Below, piece by piece: positions 54,094-64,000 of a stretch of DNA of 64,000 nucleotides. The DNA is taken from the NCBI RefSeq assembly GCF_030028105.1, contig NC_092379.1, positions 19,755,309-19,819,308 on the forward strand, in the 5' to 3' direction. The first letter of the stretch is position 1. Every line of letters starts with the position of its first letter. Origin of the DNA: Mobula birostris (lineage: Eukaryota). The notes under the pieces are model-generated. The model saw only the letters and a list, made by a program, of their open reading frames with translations. It was not told the DNA's origin and searched no databases. The position numbers were made by a program, and so were the translations under genes.

Positions 54094-54411
54094 CTTGGAT
54101 GTTTTTCACTTGCTTCTTGATACGAGTGTTGGAGGGGGGATGAGTCACTGTACAGCTGAAGACTGATTCTGTCTTCCATTCCTGTAAACTCACGGTCAGG
54201 AAGTGTCTGGCACTGAAAGTCCACCCCTGCTCCAGAGCGGTCGGTGTCGCGCTGGTATTGGAGGTGATCACGGTGCTGCCCTTCTCCCAGGTGACACTTA
54301 TTTGGTCCGGGTAGAATGCAGAGACCACACACTCCAGTGTGACCGTTTTCCTATTCTTGGTCTCTTCCTGAGGTGGAGGCAGCAGACTGACCTTGGGACC
54401 TTTTTTCTCGA
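54094..54411 (-). CDS. IgW: IgW CH4-type exon, copy c
   Basis: 318 nt, phase 1/1, open, canonical splice sites. Confidence 0.88.
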
Positions 54412-54498
54412 CTGGAATAGGCAAGAAAAGAAAGGAAATGTCAACATTTTTGCCCAGGTAACTAATGCTGGCCATTTAATCACTGGTCTCTTGCCCAC

Positions 54499-54801
54499 CT
54501 TTGGTAGTATTGGTCCGTGCTGACACTCGGGAAGATGAAGGAGATTCCTGAGCAGAGCACTCGTACTCCACCCCACTGAACCACTCCTCCACACTGATCT
54601 GGAGTTCACTGAGGACTCTGTATCGAATCCCGTCCGTCTGCGGTGGTTGTTCGAAAACACCTTTAGTTTTCTCCTTCCCGTCCACATGCCAAAAGATGTG
54701 GATATATTCTGGATCTGTACAGATAACTGTGCACTTCACGGTAGCAGACTTGTCGATCCACATCTCTTCAATGTCGGGATTTTGAATAAAGACAGACAAT
54801 T
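54499..54801 (-). CDS. IgW: IgW CH3-type exon, copy c
   Basis: 303 nt, phase 1/1, open, canonical splice sites. Confidence 0.88.
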
Positions 54802-54943
54802 CTGTGGGTTAGAAATGGAAATGCTCAGAATCTTACTGGAGATATTTCTATTGGTTGTGTTAGGTCCAGGCAGATCATCAGTACGTGACAGATGCATTTA
54901 ATGCAAACAGAATAACAGAAACACCCAGGGCTGAATCACTTGG

Positions 54944-55160
54944 CAGTCTGCTGGTGCTCATGTCTTCACCTCTGTTGCTGACTGGACCCAGAATCCTCAC
55001 CCCATCCTCCCTCTTCCTCTGTCCAGCTGCCAGGTGACACTGAATCCCTGTAAATCACTGTGAACCACCTCATACAGAATGGCTGTTGTCCTCTTCGTCC
55101 AGATCTCTTCAAATGAAGGTTTACTTAAAGTGACTGAGGGGCAGGTATCTGAACAGCCAT
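54944..55160 (-). pseudogene. Truncated CH5 pseudo-exon b
   Basis: Same Cys-to-Tyr change, frameshift and shortened acceptor region as copy c; no donor. Confidence 0.85.
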
Positions 55161-56495
55161 CTGGGAGAAATTATTATTTCACCATTCCCCAATGGCTGAG
55201 TTTGTCACTGACAAGACCAGCATTTCCTGTTCATCTCTGGTCAACGATATGCCAGTCCCAAGAAGATGAGATGAGAATAATGTACATTGGTGAAGAAATG
55301 AATCTCCCCTATTGAGCAGACAGGGTAAACACCCTGAGGGAAAGTAAATGAACAAGATTGACCATCACATTGTTTTTTCAGTTTCATGGTGACTTAACTG
55401 TTACCAGACACTTTTTAAAACGAATACAGAAAATAGCATTTCAGAGTGTGTCTGTGGAATTGGAAATGGAGCAAATTTTCACGGAAAAAAATTCCACAAA
55501 ATACACTTCATATTTCAAATTTTAAGTATGAGAAATATTTAGTTTTTGTCCTAAATAATAAAATGCACTCTTTTTGTCTATCAGGTGTAACTAACATTTG
55601 CTGCTGCTTTGTCAGAATGTAGTGTGTTCAATCCACCCTCCAGGGGCTTCTACACATTGTCCAGGCTGACTATTCCCACACAGGAGCAGAGGGAGAGCTG
55701 CTCTGCTGGAAATTCAGTCACAACTGAGGCACTGATTGGAGGCTGGGATTATGTTCAATGTCAGAGGGAGAGAACGTTTTGAAGACAAATATCAGGGATC
55801 TCCAGAGTGCCTGTCCAGTGAAATGATCCGGATTCCCCTTAAGTTAGGATAGTATTTTCTGGGATACAATTATTTCTATGGTGAAAGTCTGGATTATGTT
55901 GGCTGAAAGTAGAGAACAAACCCAAGACTGGCTGATTCTATCACCCAGCCAGATTAAAAAAGATGAAGACATTGACAAAAAAACATGAAGGCCGAACTGC
56001 TGCTCATCTCACTACTCTCTGAGACTTCACTTGCCCCAGCACTGAACTGACTATGCAGCTGCGGACGCAGCCATCGGCACTCACCTCAGCACTGAGCCTG
56101 GCTCCACGGCCGTGGCCTGCAGCCATCGGTCTCCTGGACCGGTTGCAGTGCTGAGCTGGCAACGTGGCTGTGGATTTACTTCAGGGGGCTCTGCGGTTCA
56201 GTTTCTGTGGATTGTTTGTTTGAATTTTTTTATTGTTTGCACAATTTGTTTTTTTCACACATTGGATGTTTGACTCTGAATTCTATTGTGTTTCTTTGTT
56301 TTGTGACTGCCTGCAAGAAGAGAATCTCAAGGTTGTATATGGTGCACATTCTTTGATAATAAATGTACTTTGTACCTTGAACTTTATCAGTTCACTCACA
56401 AAACTAAACCAGGGCTGTACCGTGATTTATATTGACCTTGAATTCATATCACAATGTAAACAATTTCATGAATGGGCTGAGTTCCAGGACCCTAC

Positions 56496-56813
56496 CTTGG
56501 ACATTCTTCACCTGCTTCTTGATACGAGTGTTGGAGGGGGGATGAATCACTGTACAGCTGAAGACTGATTCTGACTTCCACTCCTGTAAACTCACGGTCA
56601 GGAAGTGTCTGGACCTGAAAGTCCACCCCTGCTCCAGAGCGGTCGGTGTAGCCCTGGTGTTGGAGGTGATCACGGTGCTGCCTTTCTCCCAGATGACATT
56701 TATTTGGTCCGGGTAGAATCCGGAGACCACACACTCCAGTGTGGCCGTTTTCCTATTCTTGGTCTCTTCCTGTGATGGAGGCAGCAGAGTGACCTTGGGA
56801 CTTTTTATCTCGA
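56496..56813 (-). CDS. IgW: IgW CH4-type exon, copy b
   Basis: 318 nt, phase 1/1, open, canonical splice sites. Confidence 0.88.
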
Positions 56814-56900
56814 CTGGCATAGACAAGAAAAGAAAGGAAATGTCAACATTTTTACCCAGGTCACGAATGCTGGCCACTTAACCGCTGGTCTCTTACCCAC

Positions 56901-57203
56901 CTTTGGTACTATTGGTGCGTGCTGACACTGGGGAAGATGAAGGAGATTCCTGAGCAGAGCACTCGTACTCCACCCCACTGAACCACTCCTCCACACTGAT
57001 CTGGAGTTCGCTGAGCACTCTATATCGGGACCCGTCCCTCTCCGCTTGATGGGTGTGAATTCCTTTAGTTTTCTCCTTCCCGCCCACGTGCCATGAGATG
57101 CGGATATTTTCGGGATCTGTACAGATAACCGTGCACTTCAAGGTAGTGGTCTTGTGGATCCACATCTCTTCAATGTTGGGATTTTGAATAAAGACAGCCA
57201 ATT
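56901..57203 (-). CDS. IgW: IgW CH3-type exon, copy b
   Basis: 303 nt, phase 1/1, open, canonical splice sites. Confidence 0.88.
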
Positions 57204-57343
57204 CTGTTGATTAGAAATTGAAATGCTCAGAATCTTACTGGAGATATTTCCATTGGGTGTGTTAGGTCCAGGCAGATCATCAGTACATGACAGCTGCATT
57301 TAATGCAAACAGAATAACAGAAACACCCAGGGCTGAATCGTTA

Positions 57344-57568
57344 GTCAGTCTGCTGGTGATCATGTCTTCACCTCTGTTGCTGACTGGATGAGCGTCCTCA
57401 CCCCATCTTCCCTCTTCTTTCCGTCCATCTGCCCAGGTGACACTGAATCCCTGTAATTAATTCACTGTGAACCACTTCACACAGAATGGTCACTGTCCTC
57501 TTTGTCCAGATCTCTTCGAAGGGAGGTTTGCTTAAAATAACTGAGGGGTTTGGTATCTGAACAGTCAT
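57344..57568 (-). pseudogene. Truncated CH5 pseudo-exon a
   Basis: Intact acceptor tttctcccag; 4-nt and 1-nt insertions cause frameshifts; cut off at ITSRLT; no donor. Confidence 0.85.
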
Positions 57569-58870
57569 CTGGGAGAAATGGCTCAATTATTATTTCACCA
57601 TTTCCCAATGGACAAGTTTGTCACTGACAAGATCAGCATTTGCTGTTCATTTCTGGCCAATGATCTGCCAGTCCCATCAAGACGAGATGAGACCAATCTA
57701 CATTGGTGAAGAAAGGAATCTCCCCTATTGAGCAGACAGGGTAAACACCCTGAGCAAATGTAAATGAACAAGGTTGGCCCTTACATTGTTTTTGCAGTTA
57801 CATGGTCACTTAAACTATTACCAGCCACTTATTAAAACAAATACAGGAAATACCCAGCATTTCAAAGTGTGTCTGTGGAACGGGAAATGGAGCCAAGTTT
57901 CACATGAATATCTTCCAGAAAATACACTTCATATTTCAAAAATAAGTATTAGAAATATTTAATTTTTGTCACAAATATTTAAATGCACCTTTTTCTCTTT
58001 TAGGTGTAACTAAAATTTGGTGCTGCTTTGTCAGAATGTTGTGTGTTCAGGCCGCCCTCCAGAGGCTTCTACACATTGTCCAGGCTGACTATTCCCACAC
58101 AGGAGCAGAGGGAGAGCTGCTCTGCTGGAAATTCCGTCATGACTGAGGCACTGATCGGAGGCTGGAATATTGTTCAAAGACAGACTGTCCAGTAAAATGG
58201 TCTGGATTCTCTTCAAGTGATGAGCCATTTTCAGAGATGCAATTGTTTCTATGGTGAAGCTTCTGGATTATGTTGGTTGAGAGCAGAAAACAAACCAAAG
58301 ATTGGCTGATTTTATTACTGAGCCAGATTAAAAAGATTAATGCGTTGAGGGTGAAGGTGAAGTAGGAACCAATATTCAGCTCACTTCTCGATGAGGCTTC
58401 ACTCGCCTCAGCACGGAACTGACTCTGCGGCTGTGGTCTGCAGCCATCGGCACTCACCTCAGCACTGAGCCTGGCTCCACGGCCGTGGCCTGCAGCCATC
58501 GGTCTCCTGGACCCGTTGCAGTGCTGAACTGGCAACGTGGCTGTGGATTTACTTCAGGGGGCTCTGCGGTTCAGGTTCTGTAGATTGTTTGTTTGCATTT
58601 TTTTTATTGTTTGCACAATTTGTTTTTTTCACACATTGGATGGTTGACTCTGAATTCTATTGTATTTCTTTGTTTTGTGACTGTCTGCAAGAAGAGAATC
58701 TCAAGGTTGTATATGGTGCACATACTTCGATAACAAATGTACTTTGTACTCTGAACTTTAATAGTTCACTCACAAAACTAAACCAGAACTACACCATGAT
58801 TTAGTGTTTACTTTGAATTCATAGCACAATGTAAACAATTTGAATAATGGGATGCGTCCCAGGACCCTAC

Positions 58871-59188
58871 CTTGGACATTCTTCACTTGCTTCTTGATAC
58901 GGGTGTTGGAGGGGGGATGAATCACTGTACAGCTGAAGACTGATTCTGTCTTCCATTCCTGTAAACTCACGGTCAGGAAGTGTCTGGCATTGAAAGTCCA
59001 CCCCTGCTCCAGAGCGGTCGGTGTAGCCCTGGTGTTGGAGGTGATCACAGTGTTGCCTTTCTCCCAGATGACATTTATTTGGTCCGGGTAGAATCCAAAG
59101 ATCACACACTCCAGCGTGGCCGTTTTCCTATTCTTGGTCTCTTCCTGTGATGGAGGCAGCAGAGTGACCTTGGGACTTTTTATCTCGA
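58871..59188 (-). CDS. IgW: IgW CH4-type exon, copy a
   Basis: 318 nt, phase 1/1, open, canonical splice sites. Confidence 0.88.
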
Positions 59189-59275
59189 CTGGAATAGACA
59201 AGAAAAGAAAGGAAATGTCAACATTTTTGCCCAGGTCACGAATGCTGGCCACTTAACCGCTGGTCTCTTACCCAC

Positions 59276-59578
59276 CTTTGGTACTATTGGTGCGTGCTGA
59301 CACTCGGGAAGATGAAGGAGATTCCTGAGCAGAGCACTCGTATTCCACCCCACTGAACCACTCCTCCACACTGATCTGGAGTTCACTGAGCACTCTGCAT
59401 CGGGACCCGTCCCGCTCCGCTTGATGGGTGTGAACCCCTTTAGTTTTCTCCTTCCCGTCCACATGCCACGAGATGTGGATATTTTCAGGATCTGTACAGA
59501 TAACTGTGCACTTCACGGTAGCAGTCTTGTCGATCCACATCTCTTCAATATCGGGATTTTGAATAAAGACAGCCAATT
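59276..59578 (-). CDS. IgW: IgW CH3-type exon, copy a
   Basis: 303 nt, phase 1/1, open; carries an additional Cys (SRCRV). Confidence 0.88.
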
Positions 59579-62500
59579 CTGTGGATTAGAAATTGAAATG
59601 CTCAGAATCTTACTGGAGATATTTCCATTGGTTGTGTCAAGTCCAGGCAGATCATCAGTACAGGACAGCTGCATTTAATGCAAACAGGATAACAGAAACA
59701 CCCGGGGCTGAGTCACGTGCCTCATATTCCTATAAGTTTGATTGAGACAAGAAATTCAGAACAAAGGATGTGCTAACGAGGTTTCGAATCCCTTTCTAAT
59801 AACCGTACAAATCAGTTTACTGTGAGACAGAGCTGGGTGAGACAGAGAAGCATGCAGATTTCTCAGCAGAGACACAGCACAGTATATTCTTTGCTTGGAG
59901 ACTCAGTGCCATTGATTAGTAACAGTGAACACTGTGAATCAATGAGAATCCCTTTCTCCATCTGGGCTGAGCCTGGGATTCACTCAGTTTAATAACTTCA
60001 CATCCCGACATTCCAGTCTCACTGTGGCTGTGCCTCTCCTCATCTCTGCAACCTTCACCACCCACACAAACTTCAGACAACATCGTATCCTTTCAACTCT
60101 GCTCACTCATACACCTGCACTACTTCTGCTGGTGCCTGTGGTTTTAGCATTCTTGCTGACAAACACTGAAGCCTCTGTCTCACTTGAAATGAGCAGCCAT
60201 GGTCAGAGTGTATCCATAAGTTAGGCACTGATGAACTGGCAAAGTGGGTTCAAATCCCAACCCGGTGGAAGGGAGTTTAAATTCAATTCAGAAACGTTTT
60301 TTGGAATAAAAAGAAGACTACGGAGGTATTTGTAGTGTTATTCTCTGTGGTAATTTCTGGAGAGAAGTCTCATCTGGTCTGGCTGGTTTGTGACTCCAGA
60401 CCTGCAGCAACACGGCTGGAGCTGAATCACCATCAGGAATGAGGCAGCAAGTCCCTCAGTTCCAGAGAGATCAGTGATTGATGGGAAATGATAAATGAAT
60501 AAAACAGCTCTTTGATCAACTGTTGGGTCACCTGTCCTTTGGGTTAGAGTCAGTTTTGTGTGATTACACTCAAGTGAAGTTGTTGAGGTCATCTCCCAAT
60601 GCACTATCGTCAGTTCACTTACATTGCAGCTCCCTGCACTTTGTGTTCACCATTTACACACTCGGTCACCTTCAGGCCCGTGGGGTGTTTTTGCTCTTTG
60701 ATATTTAGTGTGGAGGCTGATTGTGTTTGTGTCATGGCTGAGAACTTCAAGGAGATTCTTTGTCTGAAGAAAGAGCAGATGGTTCCACATGGTTCCAGTC
60801 TAACTGGGCCGGATCATCCAACAAGGTATGATGTGTATTTCTTAACCTTTCTGATTTCAGTAATATTATGAGCAAGTTTCTTTTAAAACAGAAAGTCCGT
60901 GGGTGTAGTCTAGATGATCATTGTTGTCATGTAATATCACAAATATGCAAATCTAGGTGTACACTGAAGGGTCACTGAATTGTGAATCTCAGTTTAATCA
61001 GCACTGTGATGTTGTTAAACATGTTTTCTGCAGGTTTCCCAGTATGTCCGATATCAGCACGGTCTTGATGTTCATCAGTCTCTGGGAAATGCGATCCCCT
61101 CATAAAACCTGACAGAGTCAGGATTGCTCTGCTTATTGCTGAATGCTGGTGTAATTCCACAAGAAGCATATAATTCCCTCAATGCTTGGGCAATTTGAAC
61201 AAAACATTCTCCTTTCTAACATTCCTTGCAGTCACTGAGTTTCCCTTTTGGACTGAATTCAGTGTCCGGCACATGGATCAATGTAACTTTAGCAACTTGT
61301 CTGGTCCAGGATTTACACACAAAGCATGTCAGATTGGACAGGAGATTGGTTAGACCCCTGTGTCTTGTCTCACCAACTTGTCTTGTGCCCAATGTTATCA
61401 AAAGGTCATCCATCCTTTGGCTGAGTCAATTTGGAATTTCAAACCTGTTCACCTTCATCACCTCGTGCCTCACAGCCATTGGGTGAAAAACAGGTTCCAG
61501 TTCTTGCTGACTGGAGTCAGACAGGAGGGAATCTGGCCAAGGAAACTGGAATTGGGATCTGAGTCACAGTGGAGCAACAATGTACACAAATGAATGAGTG
61601 TATGGACAACCAGAAACACAAGAGATTCTACGGATGCTGGAAATCTTGAACAACACACACAAAGTGCTGGAGGAACCTGGCAAGTCAGGCAGCATCTGTG
61701 GGGGGAAAAAACAGCCAATCTTTTGTGGCAAGTGGTTTCACCGGTACTGAAAGGAAGTGGGCAGAAGCCAGAATAAGAAGGTGGGTGGAGTAGAGAGGAA
61801 TACATTCTGTCAGATGAGAGGTGAGACCAGGTGAGGGGGAAAGTGTGTGGATGGTGGAGGGGTATGAATTAAGAAGCTGGTCGGGGATAAGTGAAAGAGA
61901 TAAATGGCTGAAGCAGAAGGAATCTGACAGGACAGTGGACCATGGAGGAAAGTGCAGGAGCAGGGGAACCAAATGGAGATGATGGGCAGGTGAGGAGAAG
62001 TGAAGGAATGAGGGTGTATCTAGTATGGGAATTAGAAAAAATGGGAGAATAAAGGAGCGGGGTGGAAACTGCTGGAAGTTGCAGAAATAAGTATTCATGC
62101 CATCAGGTTGGCAGGTATCTGGATGGAATATGAGGTCCTGACTTTGGCCTCACCCTGGCAGTAGAGAAGGAAATGGACAGACATATCAGAATGGGAATGG
62201 GAAGTCAAATTGAAATGTGGAGAGGAGAGATAGTCATTTTAAATAACATATTTTCATCACTGTCTGTTAAACCTGTATCCCAATGGATACCAGAGACAGG
62301 TCAAGAATCCAGTAAATGGGTTGTAAAAGAATTCATTGATGAATTGTATTCTTTATTTCACACTTTCCTGCTGAACAATGATACTGTTGGGTAGAACCAT
62401 CGGAAAATGTTGCATTGAGATTACTCTGGTAAAAGAACATTGGCACAGGCTCCAAAAAACAGCTGAGACAGCTTCCACCTGGAAATGGAAGATTCATAGA

Positions 62501-62904
62501 TCTGTACATAACATCCTATTGGGATGGGGTTGTGTCAGCCATGATAAATGCATGTTGTCCCTGAACCTGGCTGAGGATCTGAGGACACAAGGTCACAACA
62601 TTCACTCGAGGATTGGGCATTAATTCAAAAATAATCAAGGTACCTACATTTCAGTGAGTGGACAATCGACAAGAGAGTCTGTCAGGAAACACTGGAAACA
62701 GACTCTGGAGACTGAAGCAAATACAAAATATGCAGAGATATTTTTTGAGGAACTAACACTAGGCAGACAGTGAAAAGGGAACAGGGAGATTTTCTCCAGA
62801 TGGTAAAGCATGGGATGTGAGCTTTGCACAGTAACTTATTTTCATTATAACTACAAACAAAGACAACTAAAATTATTGAGACAGAATGGTCAGGTGACCT
62901 GATC

Positions 62905-63017
62905 TTACACCTTTCCTGCTCAGTAGATGGGGTTAAAGCTGCTGGTGATATGAGTTGATTCAAAGTGCAAAGATCAGCTGTACGTCACTCAACAAGATTG
63001 ACAGTAGGGACAGGAAT
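62905..63017 (-). pseudogene. Probable decayed short-form (2-C-domain) secretory tail exon
   Basis: 67 nt after the CH2 donor, acceptor-like tctcccacAA (AG lost), then phase-1 (D)SCPYCQSC*VTYS*SLHFESTHITSSFNPIY*AGKV*. The paralog at 49268-49300 has W where this copy has its third stop. Confidence 0.5.
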
Positions 63018-63084
63018 TTGTGGGAGATTCAGTTAATTAGTTTAGTACTGTAAGATAATAAATTTTTCTTCAGCCATCACTCAC

Positions 63085-63384
63085 CCTCTTGATACATCAT
63101 GTTGACCTGACCACTGAAACCGGAAGGTGTGTGATTCACTTCACAAGTATATTTCAGTTTCTTGGTCCATTCCTGCACAGGCACTGTCAGGTAAGCGATT
63201 GTTTCAAATGTACCACCAGATCTCGGAGTGGAAGGGAGAATGATGCCTTTTTGGGCAGATCCAGCTTTTTTCCAGGATACTTTAATGTTGTCAGGAGAGA
63301 ATCCAGATATCACACAGCCCAGGACAGCATTTGCTTGACTGTGGATTGCCTCCCGGGATGGAACAATGGAGCTGAGCTTCGGAG
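63085..63384 (-). CDS. IgW: IgW CH2-type exon (alternative in-frame acceptor would start at 63402)
   Basis: APKLSSIVPSREAIHSQANAVLGCVISGFSPDNIKVSW...EWTKKLKYTCEVNHTPSG...YQE; donor G|GTGAGT; canonical C-W-C. CH2 rather than IgNAR C1 is by recognition only; V and CH1 are outside the window. Confidence 0.8.
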
Positions 63385-64000
63385 CTGTAACACATTTAAT
63401 ATCTGTCAGTACATGATTGTTTTGCCCAAGTTTTGGACTTCATTCCCCCTCATCCCGGGCAAGTTCCCCAATTCCAGCCCTCTCAAGAATGTTGTTAATT
63501 TACAGCTGATCTGATGATCTGACAGCTCACACCAGTGAGTGGGGGGGCTGGGTGTATAACTTGGGCCTCCCAGCATTGTGTCCCACTGTGCTATGATAAT
63601 GCGGAGAGGTGGGTCATGGGGTTGAGGTGCAGACCTGCCATGATCTAATTGTTTAATGGAGAATGACTGATACCAGCTCCTGTGAGCAGGAGTACATGGT
63701 GTGGGACTGTTTCCACTGACAAGTTTGGGAAACACAATTTTACTTTCAATGAGAAAGAAGAACAGATGGACAGGAAGAAATTATTTTGTTGTAACGGCAA
63801 AGGCTTGTTCAGATCTGTGAGAAAGTTGTTAAACAAGGGCAGTAGAGTGGATTCCTTCATCACATTCACAAGGGATTGTTTTTACCAGAAGAGGGGGAAG
63901 CTGCAGGAGGAGTGGGGTAGTAAAGTTTAAATTGTTGTTCTGTGTGCAGGGGCATGATGGGCCAGCGGTCTCTGTATGTGTACAGGAGCTGATCTATAGG

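Noticed and set aside
43690-59000. Switch-region-like or CRISPR-like repeats (recurring gcagccatcgg units)
   Set aside because: Short internal repeats of one retroposon copied with each duplication unit; no AGCT-dense S region and no spacer array.
44245-59678. Repeated plus-strand and alternative-frame ORFs overlapping the CH exons (e.g. MSGTESPPLLQSG...)
   Set aside because: Shadows of the duplicated Ig exons; their recurrence is explained by the duplication.
60945-60952. Octamer ATGCAAAT as an Ig enhancer (others at 13039, 23071, 28351)
   Set aside because: A few hits are expected by chance in 64 kb of AT-rich DNA; the paralogous site reads ATGCAAAC.
61565-61592. CACAGTG + 12 nt + ACACAAATG as an RSS
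   Set aside because: Nonamer matches only 6/9, the paralog has CACACTG, and no V, D or J segment is adjacent.
62682-62963. 93-aa minus-strand ORF as an intact short secretory tail
   Set aside because: Different frame from the CxxCxxC remnant; it runs on into ordinary intron sequence and has only a weak acceptor.
63403-64000. CH1 or J exon at the window end
   Set aside because: No Ig-fold reading frame found on the minus strand; the sequence looks like intron with repeat fragments.

Overview
Eukaryotic, repeat-dense genomic DNA from a cartilaginous fish (elasmobranch). The right half (~29.6-63.4 kb, minus strand) holds the constant region of an immunoglobulin heavy-chain minilocus, most likely IgW; V/D/J and CH1 lie beyond the window end. 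In transcription order I read: CH2; a decayed Cys-rich short secretory tail; five intact tandem CH3-CH4 exon pairs (a-e), with three truncated CH5 pseudo-exons between a-d; one intact CH5; CH6 with a mu-type tailpiece; then, downstream of the secretory stop, a sixth and much more divergent intact CH3-CH4 pair (f); TM1; TM2 (cytoplasmic K-A-Q-Q) and a polyA signal. All CH exons are phase 1/1 (CH6 phase 1 at its 5' end) with GT-AG borders. A secreted chain with up to 14 C domains and a membrane chain with its own CH3-CH4 pair are therefore possible; neither is shown without transcript data. The left half (1-29.5 kb) is mostly decayed CR1, RTE, Penelope, Rex1/Babar, SINE, solo-LTR and Tc1 fragments, with a 188-N gap and a CpG-rich start. 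Domain numbering and repeat family names rest on my recognition of motifs; no database search was run.
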